Assembly: GCA_045837725.1 (NCBI GenBank)
Contig: JBEWZL010000038.1
Location: 1-64,000, forward strand
DNA length: 64,000 nt
DNA from: Vermamoeba vermiformis
Lineage: Eukaryota
Reading direction: 5' to 3'
The notes under the pieces are model-generated. The model worked only from the letters and a program-made list of their open reading frames with translations, searched no databases and was not told the origin of the DNA. Positions 13,543-25,566 of this stretch are shown here, in pieces. How positions within the stretch are numbered: position 1 is the stretch's first letter; each line of letters starts with the position of its first letter. The translations under genes and the position numbers were made by a program.

Positions 13543-16500
13543 TCATATCAAATATTTTAGATGGTGTGGAATGCAGTCCAACGGCGTCTCTCCACGGTTG
13601 TTTTTGATATTAGCACTTGCTCCACATCTCGCCAAGTCCATTGGCAACTTTGAAAAGAACTTTGCAACTTTAAAATTTTTGCAGTCAGCTTCCATATAAC
13701 CTACATGGAAGTATCGACATGCAATATGCAGCGCAGTGTCACCATTGTTGTCTTGTGCGTCGAGATCTGCTTTTGGAATCACATATTCCAGCACCATCCT
13801 CAGCTACAAAAAACCCATTAGTATAATCATTATTATTTTATAATGATAATAAAATTAGCTCGTTATCAAATACATATTTCATAACGTACCGATTGCTGGA
13901 TCTGTGAATTTTCCCGCATCTGTAACATTATTACGTGTAAGCAAATGAATATGCATGCAAACTTACGCGAATGATGATTCTCATGAGCAATGTACGGCCT
14001 AAATGATCTCGAGAGTTGATAAATTCAGGCTGTTTCTTCAACAAAGACAAAAAAAGTTCGTAATTCAAGTTTGATTGAGACAAGCAGTAGTCGAGTGTCG
14101 TCATTTGCAATCCTTGCTTGGTACTGCTAATTGTGTCTATTGAAGCAATCCACTCTTCTTTGATAGACTGTAATAATGACGCACTGTTGAGAATGTAATG
14201 GATCGGGGAATAACCGTGACTGTCTTGCTCGTTCAAATCAATCTTAGCTTGCTTGACAATCGATATCATATTCGGCCTATTATGATTGGTCAATTATTGA
14301 CGATATTGGTTAATCTTACTTTTGCGTTGGATCCGATCCAGATGTGTCCATTAAGGTACCGAATGATTCACTACGACAAGCCCTATTCGAATAAATTTAG
14401 CTTATATAACTAGTGTTAAAGACTTACATAACAAAAGGTGAATCGCCCACGTTATTTTTGCAAGCCCAGAGCTCAGGCTGTGTTCTGAAGTGATTGTACG
14501 CTGCCTGTAAATTGTATCGTACAAACTGCCACGTATTAATATTACTATAAAAGGAAAAAATAATCATTATTAGCCCTTCTTACCAAATGCAATAATGTAT
14601 TGCCTTCTCCGTCAGCGAGGGACGGATCCGATTTGTCGATCAGTTTGGACAACGTTTCAAGTGCTCCAGTAAGTTTGATCGACCTTTGTTATATCACATT
14701 AGATCATTATTAGCATAATAAATTATCGTCGCTATTGTTGGGGCATTCAAATTCCATACAGATCCGTTTTTTATCGCACAATACCACGAATCTCCCACGC
14801 TCTGCCTCCCTACCTAACTATGGAATATATATGTAACCTATTAGGTAATTATGCCCTCGAGAGGTGGCATACTATATTCCATATATAGAAGGTCCCACGT
14901 GACTTTGGTGCAGAGCAGTGAGGGCGTAGATCCGTTGTGTTTCTTTCATAAAAATTCGATTTCTCGGCATTTGAATGCCCGAACAATATTTGCTCAAAGT
15001 ACCTGTGAATTTGCGTGGTCTTATAATGTCGAGAAGAATTGCGCCAAGGCGGACGCAGAGTGGATGCGAATTCAAAAGGCGTTCTTGAAAACAAAAAAAT
15101 TAACTAAATTAGGAAAGCACTAATATAACGACGTTCATTAAATACGTACCGCGAAACTTTCGTTCTCGGCCTAAAATTAAACACCGTCATTTGGCTCCTG
15201 AAGTACGTATAATACTCTGTTTCGCTAGACAGTCGCAAACGTGAGCAAATGGACCAATAGCATTGCAGCTATAAGATAGTATACAGGTGTTAAAAAAAGA
15301 AGGGTCTATAATGAACAATACTTGCGCGTGACTTTCAACGCTGTAGTTTGAATGTTCGGATCCGCTCCGTTTTCCAACAAAAAGTTGGCGAGCTTCATAT
15401 TGCCAAAATAAATTGCGTAGTGTAATGGCGTATAGCCCATTGCATCCCTATAAAGCTCAAATCAGTATAAGACATTATTAAAAAACTATTCGAGACGTAC
15501 TTAACGTTCACATCGCATTTGTGGAGGATTATCTTGAAATCATTCGGTGATGCTACTGTCGCTAACAAATGCACCAATGTTCGATGTGATATCTGTCAAA
15601 AAATCCTTAGCTTAAATTCCTGTAATAAAAATTCAAATTAATGTTAAATACCGATTCGGTCAGTTTGAACACGTCCGCAGAACAGTTTGAAAGAGCTGCC
15701 TGGAGGTACCAAGGAATAGGCTTGGAGTTACAATGCAATCCATACACTGCCGCTGCCAAGGGTGTTATGCCGTTTGTATCTTGAACTTCCAATTTAGCAC
15801 CCTTGTTGATTAATAGCTCGACCAATGACCAGTCGCCGGAGTAGCAAACAGCATGCAGCGGCGTCCAACCATGCCCGTCCTAGAAAAAAATTCGTATTAA
15901 TACGGAGCTTTTTTTTTTACTCGTTTTTGTGTGCTACATACTGCTCGATTGACATCAGCGCCGTAAGCGATCAATGCCTTGATTCTGTATTCTTTGTCTT
16001 TGTGATAGAGCGTTGATCTGCAGGCACAAAGCAACGCCGTCGATCCTTTCTTAGTCGTGTCGTTGATCTTGTTTTTCATGAGCTCTAATGTATTCTCGTA
16101 ACTCATATTGAATGTACGCTCGAACTGATTTGTATCCAATTCCGTGGCCTTAGGCTCCTCAGTAACACTTTGTGGCATAGAAAATGTGAAGGACATCGTT
16201 TGTTTGGCAACGGGTTGTTCTCCAAAGTTAAAGCCAACAGTGTTTTTCGGTAAATTAAACGTGGTAGAATTATTACTATTATCGTTCATCGGTGCGCTGC
16301 TTGAAAGTTGTGGCATGTCAAATGAAAATTTTGATAGCGTTGAGGAGCTGTCAGCGGTGATTTTGGGCAAACTATCTTCCAATGTTTCGTCTATTTTGAA
16401 ATCGAATGGTTTGACTTCCAATTTTGGAGGCTGTTTCTTTGGCTGAGATTCGCTAGCAGGCTCCGCATTGTTATTTTGTGTTTCGGATAATGCAGGTTTT

Positions 16501-18700
16501 TTGTCATCATTTTCAACCGGTTGACTCGCCAGTAGTATTTTGTTGAGCTCGTCTATTGACGGCAACTCTTCTAACAGATCATCGTCTCGTTTTTTCTTCG
16601 GAGTTGCAAGAGACGGCGGAGCCTTGTTCCGTTGGCGGTTTGTGAAACCATAGGGCCGGAATATTTTGCCTCTCAAAAGTTGGCGTCTTGTCTTGAAAGA
16701 CCCAGTACTTCGAATTCTGCTCTGGCTCCACACTTTCAGTTGAGCCTGTCGGTTGTGGAAAATTGACGTTACGTAATGTCAAAATGTACAGCAGGTTCTT
16801 GCCGACAGCTGGCGCCGTATCGTTGTCTTCAATATAGAGTTTGTTATTCATGACCTTATAGAACTAATAATTGCATTGGTAAGTACTGCCGGTGATATAA
16901 TAACGGTTTAAGATATGTATCTAACGTACTCTATTATGATCTTTAAACAGCAATGTTCGCAACGACGAAGCCTCTAGTTTTACACCAGCTTCCAAAAAAA
17001 CGTCAAAACTTGCCCAAAAACCGACTTGCAACACCCACTGAAAAAAATTTTGGTTACTTCATCGATTCGTTCGAAGTACGTAACTTACGTGCAATAGAGA
17101 CTTGTTCTGCCATTTGGTATTCAAATCAACGTGGTCTCGTAGGAAAGTAGCTACTTCTTGTGAATCTGAACGGTCGTTAATTTTTTTTCCGGTAAAAGTC
17201 GATCGTTTTATGCATACCTTCGCCGTCTATTAAACAATGCAAGAAAGCAGGACCCCAATGATAGCTCTTCACTCTCACTCTTTTGTTCGGATCGGCACCG
17301 TTCTGCAGCAAAAAGAGCTTCATTTGTGCACTTTTAGCTTCTTTGAAGTACGACATATCGGGGTCTGGACATTCAATTGTAGCGCCAAGTGCCATCAATT
17401 CTTTGACTAAACTAATGTCGTTCTGTTCTATTGCCACTTGCATCGGGAACGGCTTATTCATGTAGTGGTTGTCGAGAAAAGACGGGCGATAGACAAACTC
17501 CGGATATCTGATAGAATAATAACTATTAGTGAGTTATAATTACGAAGAATAATAATAATATTGTCGTACATTGCATTTAAGTCGTAACCGAGCTCTTTGA
17601 CCATGTACTCGACAAATTCTTTGGCACCATAGTCTCGGACAAATGACGACAAAGTGGGTTCGGTAGAGTAAATGCTCGGATACGGAACTAAAATTGGTGT
17701 AATTTGCTTGAACGTTTCAAAGCTCGCTGGATATTTAAAAGCTTCATATGCGACGATGACCATTGTGTTTTTGATATGCATGACTGGTGGCATTGGTTCG
17801 TTAGCCTGTTTGAAAATCAAGTACTTCAAACTTGGCAGGGCCTCTACGATTGATTCTGCATATTTTCTAAGATTGCTGCCACGTGGATATGAAAAGCCTA
17901 ATCGTTGAATTTTGGTTAAAGTGTTCTTTGGAATTGCGACTTCGAAATTTTCGAAAGTGTTCGCTAAATATAGCTCTTCCAGATTTGGTAAGCCCTATTA
18001 ATAAATTAGAACTAATATATTATATAAAAATAATAAAATTTTACCGATAGTAAGTTGAAAATTGCTTCGTCAGGCACATCCGCGCTCAAATCAAGAAGTT
18101 TGAGCTCTTTGCATGAAGAATCTGGCAGGTGCGTCAAACGGGGAAGATTTGTTAATACTATTCTCTGTAATGATTTGCTGGTGAAAATAAGTTCGAGCGG
18201 CACTATAAAATTGTGGATGTCGGCGCAATTGTCGAACTCCAAATTGAGATTGACCATGGCACCACTATATTGCACTATAAAACACCCAAGTTTTTCCATG
18301 CAGCTTTTCTCTAAGGTTGCAAACATTTCTACCGTGTGCCAGGCCAAAGGGCTGCGCACTAATCTTTGCCATCTTTTTGAAACCTGAATTAATTGATAGA
18401 TTGTTTCAGTGAAAATTCTAATATCATTTAAAAATAAAATAATTAATTTTAATTGGTTTTGTTGAATGGAGTTAGAGATCTTTCGACGTAAAAACCGGAA
18501 AAGTATGAAGATAAAATTTTATCTTCGCCGGGTATAAATATTTGATATAAAATAGTTAATGCGAATAATATTAACGGCTGCAAAATAAATAAAAAATTGA
18601 TTACCTGCTCCAAGTGGATTCGTTGTGCAAACGGAACGTAATTATATACGCAAATCCAAAGGTCGTCCAGTAAATCTGGTGCTTTGATGTCTTCTTCCAT
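13543..18700 (-). CDS. F-box + LRR-like + ankyrin-repeat protein (paralog B), two +1 frame breaks
   Basis: MEEDIKAPDLLDDLWICVYNYVPF...VSKRWQRL; colinear with paralog A and shares intron positions. Extra base at 15227 and another in about 16580-16700. Confidence 0.8.
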
Positions 18701-18853
18701 TGTAGAGAAAGATACGAAATCAGAGGAATCGGTAAAAAAATAATCCGGCATCTGAAATTTCATAATCAAGGCGGTCAAATGCCGTTATTGGATTAAAAAT
18801 TATACAATTGTATAATTTTAGACATCTCACTAGTTCGTATTGTAAAATTAGTT

Positions 18854-20308
18854 TTATGAAGAATGCGGCACGTGCGGATCCGATCGCACGGAAGTTACGT
18901 TAGTCGATCCAAAAGGCAACCAACAAATTCTATCGCCGTTTGCATCGACTTTCTGCAACGTGCTACCGCATAATGGTACTATAACAACAAAGTATACTAA
19001 TATTACAATGCATAAAAAGATGCACACGCCCAACATTGCGTACGGATGTCGCGTCAGACAATTGCACCTTCTGTTCTTATTAGATTTGACTTTAAGACCT
19101 ATAAATACAATAGAAGATTACTATATATACGCGCCTATAATTTATTAGGGCTCAGTAGTCCTTTAAAAGAATTTGAACGGATTTGAATTCTTGATCCGAA
19201 AATGGATTTGCTTTAAGACTTACTATTCTTGCCAGCTTTCATAGCCAATGACTGTATTAATAGAGGCACTTTAATATGTCGCCTTAGAATTGCTGGATTG
19301 AGTTCTTGAAAGAACATTGTCGTGTTCGCAATGTCTTCTGGCGGATCCACCTTAAATTAAATTCAAGGTTACTATATTGCGTTATATATGAATATTTATA
19401 CGTATTATACGAATAAAAATATTATTTAAGTGGGATCTGGAGCAATAGGATCTAAATAAATTGTTCGATCTCGTTACCTTTACGTGTGTCATCGAAGGAT
19501 CACTATATTTTTGTGATAATTGTGCTATTTTAGGCGCAAATATCTTATTGAGCTCGACTAATAAGAAAAATATTAATATACAAGCGTTGAAGCAAAAAAA
19601 CTTGATCAGATCGCAGACTCGAAATTGAAAAACATATTCAAATGCTAATAAATTAATAAAGTATACATACATTTGAATGGCACGAATATACCAGATTGAT
19701 AGTTATTATAATCACTGGCTAATTCGAATTTGTATTGCGTGAACAGATCCGTCAAATATTGAAACGCGAGTGCAGCTTGATATTTCTCGGGAGTAATGCA
19801 CAATAATATATATGTTGGCTCTGGTACTAAGCAGTGTATAGAATATTTGTTGTATCTATTGAAATCATAATTAGTAACCGTTACACATCTGATCCTTCAA
19901 AAATAAAGCGCTACATCCGCTCAATCTTGGTATAAAATATTCAGAAAAATTAAGTAATTAAGTAGGGATATTAAATATCGTTGAAGCAGATGTAAATAAG
20001 GTTCGTAAGAATTTTCAGATCGAATCTATTGAAATTGACTTACTTGTACGTTGTAAGCTTGTTACGCGTATCAACCATCGATAAAAATTCTTGGCAAAAT
20101 TTTTTAAATGTGCCTGCATATTTGGAGTAGTGCGCTAGCACTTTATTCTGACTATTCGAAATAACGAAAAATTAGATCTTGCTACGATGTATTCATTTAT
20201 TAATATCAGAGGCATAATATGTAATATTAATAGCGTTATTAAAATATTATTGACTTTTTTAACCAGATCTTACCATGCAATCAGTGAGTAGATTATGCTA
20301 TCGTCCAT
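18854..20308 (-). CDS. VAMP7-like longin-domain membrane protein with degenerate SNARE motif (252 aa)
   Basis: Six exons (20308-20274, 20151-20044, 19855-19692, 19557-19478, 19350-19224, 19098-18854) join in frame via GT-AG introns: MDDSIIYSLIACQNKVLAHYSKYAGTF...KLTTYKYNKYSIHCL...LLCIT...ALAFQYLTDL...ELNKIFAPKI...YSDP, then C-terminal TM LGVCIFLCIVILVYFVVIVPLCG. Confidence 0.85.
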
Positions 20309-20761
20309 TTACTCTTCTATTTACAATAAAAATATGTAATTATACAATAATAATAGCACTAGTAATAATAAATAACGTGCTTGATATTAACCCGTGCGTT
20401 GTGTTGTTATCGCATCGTGCGAGAGAATCAATCCAACAGTCAAATTCAACATTTTTTACACAAAGGCCCTCAAGAACTCTAAATATATGTCATATTAATA
20501 AGATCATATTCTCCTGGGTAAAAATTGTAGCCAAAGCCCTAAAGCCTTTGAATAAAATCCGGGATAAAATAACAGGTCTAGCACTCAGGCCAAGTCGTTC
20601 AAGAATGTGAATGGCTAATGCAAGCAGATCCAATTTAGTAACGGAGGATCTCCGGTCTATTTTTGGCTCTATTCTTCTTTGTGATACGCGCGTCAAAGTG
20701 TCGGAGTGAAATAAACTACATTCAAAGAGTTGTTCCGTTATAATATGACCAACACATTGGT

Positions 20762-23107
20762 ATGTCATATATTTATTATTTGTCGGTCGAAGTTATCAAA
20801 GCGGAGTTAATTAGATCTGCGGAAAACAATGGTGAGAATTGGTTTTTTGGAAGTTGAAAGAATTTTTAATTAAGAGTATCATTTAAAATAAATTATTATG
20901 CACGTTAATATTTTAAATATGATCAACTTTAAATATTAATGAAATGTTTCAATTTTATGCAGGCAAATCTGCTGTGTACGTTGCCGTGCACTTTCCTGAC
21001 TCGCCTAAGGCATCATATCAAAAGACTAGGCCACAAAAAAAGAGTAGAGTAAGAATTGAATTCAAATTATTCTCTTGATTTAAATTTTTTCTGATCTTGT
21101 TTTATTTTTAGGATCTCACGTGGAACCAAAGCTTCGCATTGTGCGTCACTCTTATATGATTATATACGTTATATTGACCACGTTTATTACTGTAGAGAGT
21201 ATAACACGAGCAGAGATCAACCGTTCATTGAATTAGATCTTTGGGATCACGACACTTTTGGCAAAGATGACTTTCGTAAGCCTTATTTTATATATAATAC
21301 GATTTACTTGATAGCCAGAATACCATTTTGCATTTTAGAATTATGCTATTAATTTTTATAAGTGCACCAGAATTAATTTTAATTCTTTTTAGTGGCCTAC
21401 GCATCTGTAAATATTGGCAAATTAATTGAAGAGCAAGAAGAAGACGTTGAATTTTCACTAGAATTGAAACAAAAGCAGCAAATCGATGATATTAAGAAAA
21501 AGAAAATTGTTGAACCGATCAGTGGCTCTTTGACAGTCAAGATCTCAGTTCGTCTGAAAGTAAGAATAAAACCCTTACTATAATTTTATTATAGTATATG
21601 CTAATAATACTATTCACAGGTTCCCACTGATCAGACTCCAGTTGTAAATACCAGTAAGATTTTTGATTCAGATCGGATCGCAACGACTGAAGAACGGATA
21701 GATCAACTAAGCCACGCTAAGAAACGGTTTATTATACGAGATATTGATAGTATATCGACATATAGAGCAAAATTCAACAAATATTGGGCCGAAGCGGTGG
21801 CTGAAAGTCATTCGATTAAACAATTCAAATTGTACGAACTGAAAAACGAGACAATTAACAAAAAATCATGGCGATATATTAGTGGCGCTATTATTAATAA
21901 CAAATCGATCACGAAGCTATGTATAGAACGCGGCTTTTATTGCAAAATGGAAAATATTTACTACATCCGGATCATGCTCAACGAAAATCCTCGAATTACT
22001 TATTTATCGATAGACGACTTAGCTATTGATGACAAATCATTAAGAGTGCTCTCAAATACATTAGCGAGGAATGATAGTATTAAAACTTTAGTATTAAAAT
22101 GGTGCGAGCCTCATCGTGCTTCACTTATCGTCAAAAAATTGAAAAGAAATGAAAGTTTGACGGAATTATATACAGATTATACTGGAAAGCACCTATTCAA
22201 CTTGTTATTATCAAACAATAGCATTAAGACGTTGAAGTTTGGTCCATACGCCAAAATAGGAAGTTTAGTCACGGAGCCGTTAAAAGCCACGAAAACTTTG
22301 CAAACATTGGATATTTTTAGCTTTTTTGACACGTTTGAACGATTCGAAGATTTAATTAAAGCTCTGAAAGTCAACAAATCACTCAAAAATATTCATTTGC
22401 ATCTCCAATTCAACAAAAGCTGCAAAAATCAATGTATCCAGATCCTCGCAGATTTTATCAAGACCAGCAAAGCTATTCGAACAGTGCATATAATGCATTA
22501 TTTAGTCGACGTGCCGTGGTTCAGTGAAGCGCTGCGAGCGAACCGGTCGTTGACAGCGTTGAATATTTCCGTCATAGAATACTCCGATTCGGAATTATTA
22601 TGCGATGTCTTGCAACACCATCAATCGATCAAATCGCTGTCGTATTATGTACATTATCCTAAAGAACACGACCATATTCTCAAAGTCCTCGCTGAAAACA
22701 ACACAATCACCGAACTCAACTACCAAGTCAAAGAACGCGAAATTTCGCACGAAAATCGAGATCAACTGCCGTTCGAGTATTCTGGGAAAAGATCCGCTGG
22801 AACGTTTTGGAGGCAATTAGAAGATATTTTGCAACGAAGTAACAGATCCCTGTCAAAAATCAGAGCTGAATTCGAGGACAGTTATTTCTTGCCTAAAGGA
22901 ATAGAACTATATTTGCAGCTTAACGAGGTCAATTTGAAACTGGCCAATCGCAACGCGGTCAGTTTTGTCCGTATGATGGTGCTGCGCCAAGAAGCCTTTT
23001 TTTCAATTCTGCCCATTGAAATCTGGCTCAAGATATTGCAATACATTCCTGGCGCTGGCGTTGATCTGCGAGAAATGTTGTTGCAAGACCTCGCTGAAAA
23101 CCAATAA
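20762..23107 (+). CDS. C2 domain + RNI-like LRR protein with C-terminal F-box-like motif
   Basis: Spliced N-terminus MSYIYYLSVEVIKAEL...NNGKSAVYV...QKTRPQKKS.DLTWNQSF...LWDHDTFGKDDFLA (C2); repeats of LxxNxSLxxLxL; C-terminal LPIEIWLKILQYI. Confidence 0.85.
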
Positions 23108-23340
23108 ATCACTCTCTTGTACATTAATACATTTTAATACCCTCGCAATCATTCCTTTTCACGAGACTTGATTCTGTTTTAAAGAAGCAGAAAAAATCTT
23201 GAATTAGTCTTAGAGTTAATAAAAATCCATAATTTCGGTATAATACAGCTGCTTTATTATTATTTCGGATCTGATGACAGATCCAGATCATTGACATTTG
23301 AGGGCTCGGTACTTGAAATATACTTAACAACGTAACTATA

Positions 23341-24557
23341 TTAATGTTGTCTGTCACCTCCACCGTTATTATTGCCGTCGTTCATTTCCTGGTCGTTGTT
23401 GTTATACCGATCTCTATTGTCATGTCTTTCTCGGCCAAATTCATCGCGATTGTTATCTCTGTCGTATCGAGATCTATTGTAATTGTTATTGTAATCGTTC
23501 GGTCGGTGTCGCTTGAAATCGCGGGGGTCTCGATCTCGATTGAACTCTTCGCTCTTTCGCTTGTAACCTCCGCCACCGCCTCCTTTGCGATAGTCTCCTA
23601 AAGAACATCACATTATTTTTTGTAAAATAACAAGTATAAGATAGTTTTTATCGAAAAGCTGTTTCTTAATCCAAAAGAATTGGAGCAGTTCGCTTCAACA
23701 AAAATGACGCTAGATCTCCCTTGAGATAATTATAATTGCGAATATCACACAATAAAATCATATTATAATATTGCAATAATGAGCTTTAAATAGGATTCAT
23801 ACCTTGCTGACCGTATTTCTGATTCTGCGGGCTGTAATATTGTTGACCGCCTTTACCATAGCCTCCACGACCTTCGTCGTAATTATTTCTGAACTCATCA
23901 CGCACCTAAGGATGTATATTAAATAAATACGCTTGATTCGAGAATGAAAGATAAAGCCGGATCTGGATTTCGTACCTGACCACCAGATTTGCCTCTGCCG
24001 TATTGTCGACCTTCGCTAAATCCGACATCTAAGTCTGTCCTAATAACACGATCGTCGAGTTTAATTCCATTCATATATTTAGCGCATTCAGCGGCGTCTC
24101 TGTGCGAGTAATATCTGGATGAAAAATCAGATTAGCTACTTTGACTGGAATTGAGCAAAAAATAATTTATAAAATTGAATAATAATGAAGTATATATTTA
24201 AGTATTTTTTGGATCAATTTTGAAGCTGTTCTAGCAAATCCATAAATTTGAAAAATTCAAAATAATTTGTCTGAGCTCTAAACGCGTATTAAAATTAATA
24301 ATTATTACTGATGCGTACTCTACAAAGCAAAATCCACAAGGAGTCTTTTTTACTGAGTCTAGACCCATAATAATTCGTTTTATCTCGCCGATCTTCGAAA
24401 ACAGCTCCCAAATCTGCTCCTCGGTAGTGAAAAACGCTAAATTGCCAATATATACTGTTGCAGATTGCTCTAATGCCTTTCTATATTCATCAGGACGCGT
24501 GATCCATTCTTTGTCAATGTAGGCTGGTCCTTTATCGTCTTTGTACAAATGCGCCAT
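23341..24557 (-). CDS. NCBP2: Nuclear cap-binding protein subunit 2 (CBP20) with R/D/N-rich tail
   Basis: [46 protein letters not shown] and [34 protein letters not shown]. Confidence 0.95.
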
Positions 24558-24729
24558 ATTATGCAAATTAAAATAATATGTAATTTGTGTAATATATTAT
24601 CAGCGCAAATAAAAATAGCACCAAAAGGGTAAGGTTCGGAAAAATGTAAGAGAAATTCGATCAGGGATCGGTGAACAAACTCTAAAAACGGGAATTTACA
24701 TTGGGGAAACTAATATACAAATATCATGA

Positions 24730-25345
24730 CTATTGAGTCGCACATTTATCTTTAATATTGACCGTCTTTGGCTGCGATTTCTTCTTTTTCTTGTCTTCAA
24801 ACGTCGGTGTCTTCTTCGCGTCTCGATCTGTCGTAAGAATCTTCTGCAATAAATCCAATACTACCGCTTCTACGCATTCACCTGTCTTTGAGCTTGCTTC
24901 GTAGAACGTAATGCCATATAATTGGGCAAGACTCTGAACTTCGTTAATAGAAACTTCTCGACGTTGTGATAGATCGGCTTTGTGTCCCAATAATATTATT
25001 GGAAAATAATCTCCTTTTGTTGAACGTATGGTTCTGTATAATTCTTTGGCCTTGTCAAGAGTCGGCCGGTGGTCTATCGAATACATTAAGACGCATCCTT
25101 GACACGAAAGGACTTGTTGGTCCACAATAGTGTTGGATTGGTCTCCACTTCGGTATGTATATCAGATCTATGTAGTGCTTCACATTGTCAATTGTTGCTT
25201 CGCGGGAATACGTTTCATAGCCTGCTGGATTCGGAACGTATTCCTTCTGCTCAAACTTGTTCTCTGAAAATCGAACGCAAAAGCTTCTTTTGCCAACTCT
25301 CTGAGCTCCTAATACTAAAATTCTAAACTTTCCAGCTTCGGTCAT
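24730..25345 (-). CDS. Atypical Ras-family small GTPase, split by one +1 frame break (or pseudogene)
   Basis: G1 GAQRVGKR, G4 HKAD, G5 EASSK, polybasic tail and CAAX (CATQ). The two overlapping ORFs join by dropping one base at about 25149-25150. Confidence 0.8.
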
Positions 25346-25566
25346 AATTAAAACGGTCTTGTGTTCTTAACAGCGGTCGCTTACAAAAATAACTGCGATG
25401 GAAACAAGAACAGAATTAATTTCCGCGTCACGTTAATCTCATACGGTCAATTTAATGTTGATTAATGTGCACTTGTATATCATGTTACGCGTGTGTAGTA
25501 CCTCATACAGATCATAAATTCGCCGGTCTTCCGTGATCCAATTAATTTATGCTTTCAATTTGATTT

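Noticed and set aside
16860-16890. Another +1 break in F-box/Ank paralog B
   Set aside because: The downstream TTAG acceptor matches paralog A and keeps the frame.
20995-21030. Apparent frameshift in C2 exon 2
   Set aside because: Re-reading TCG CCT AAG GCA TCA TAT shows the exon is in frame.
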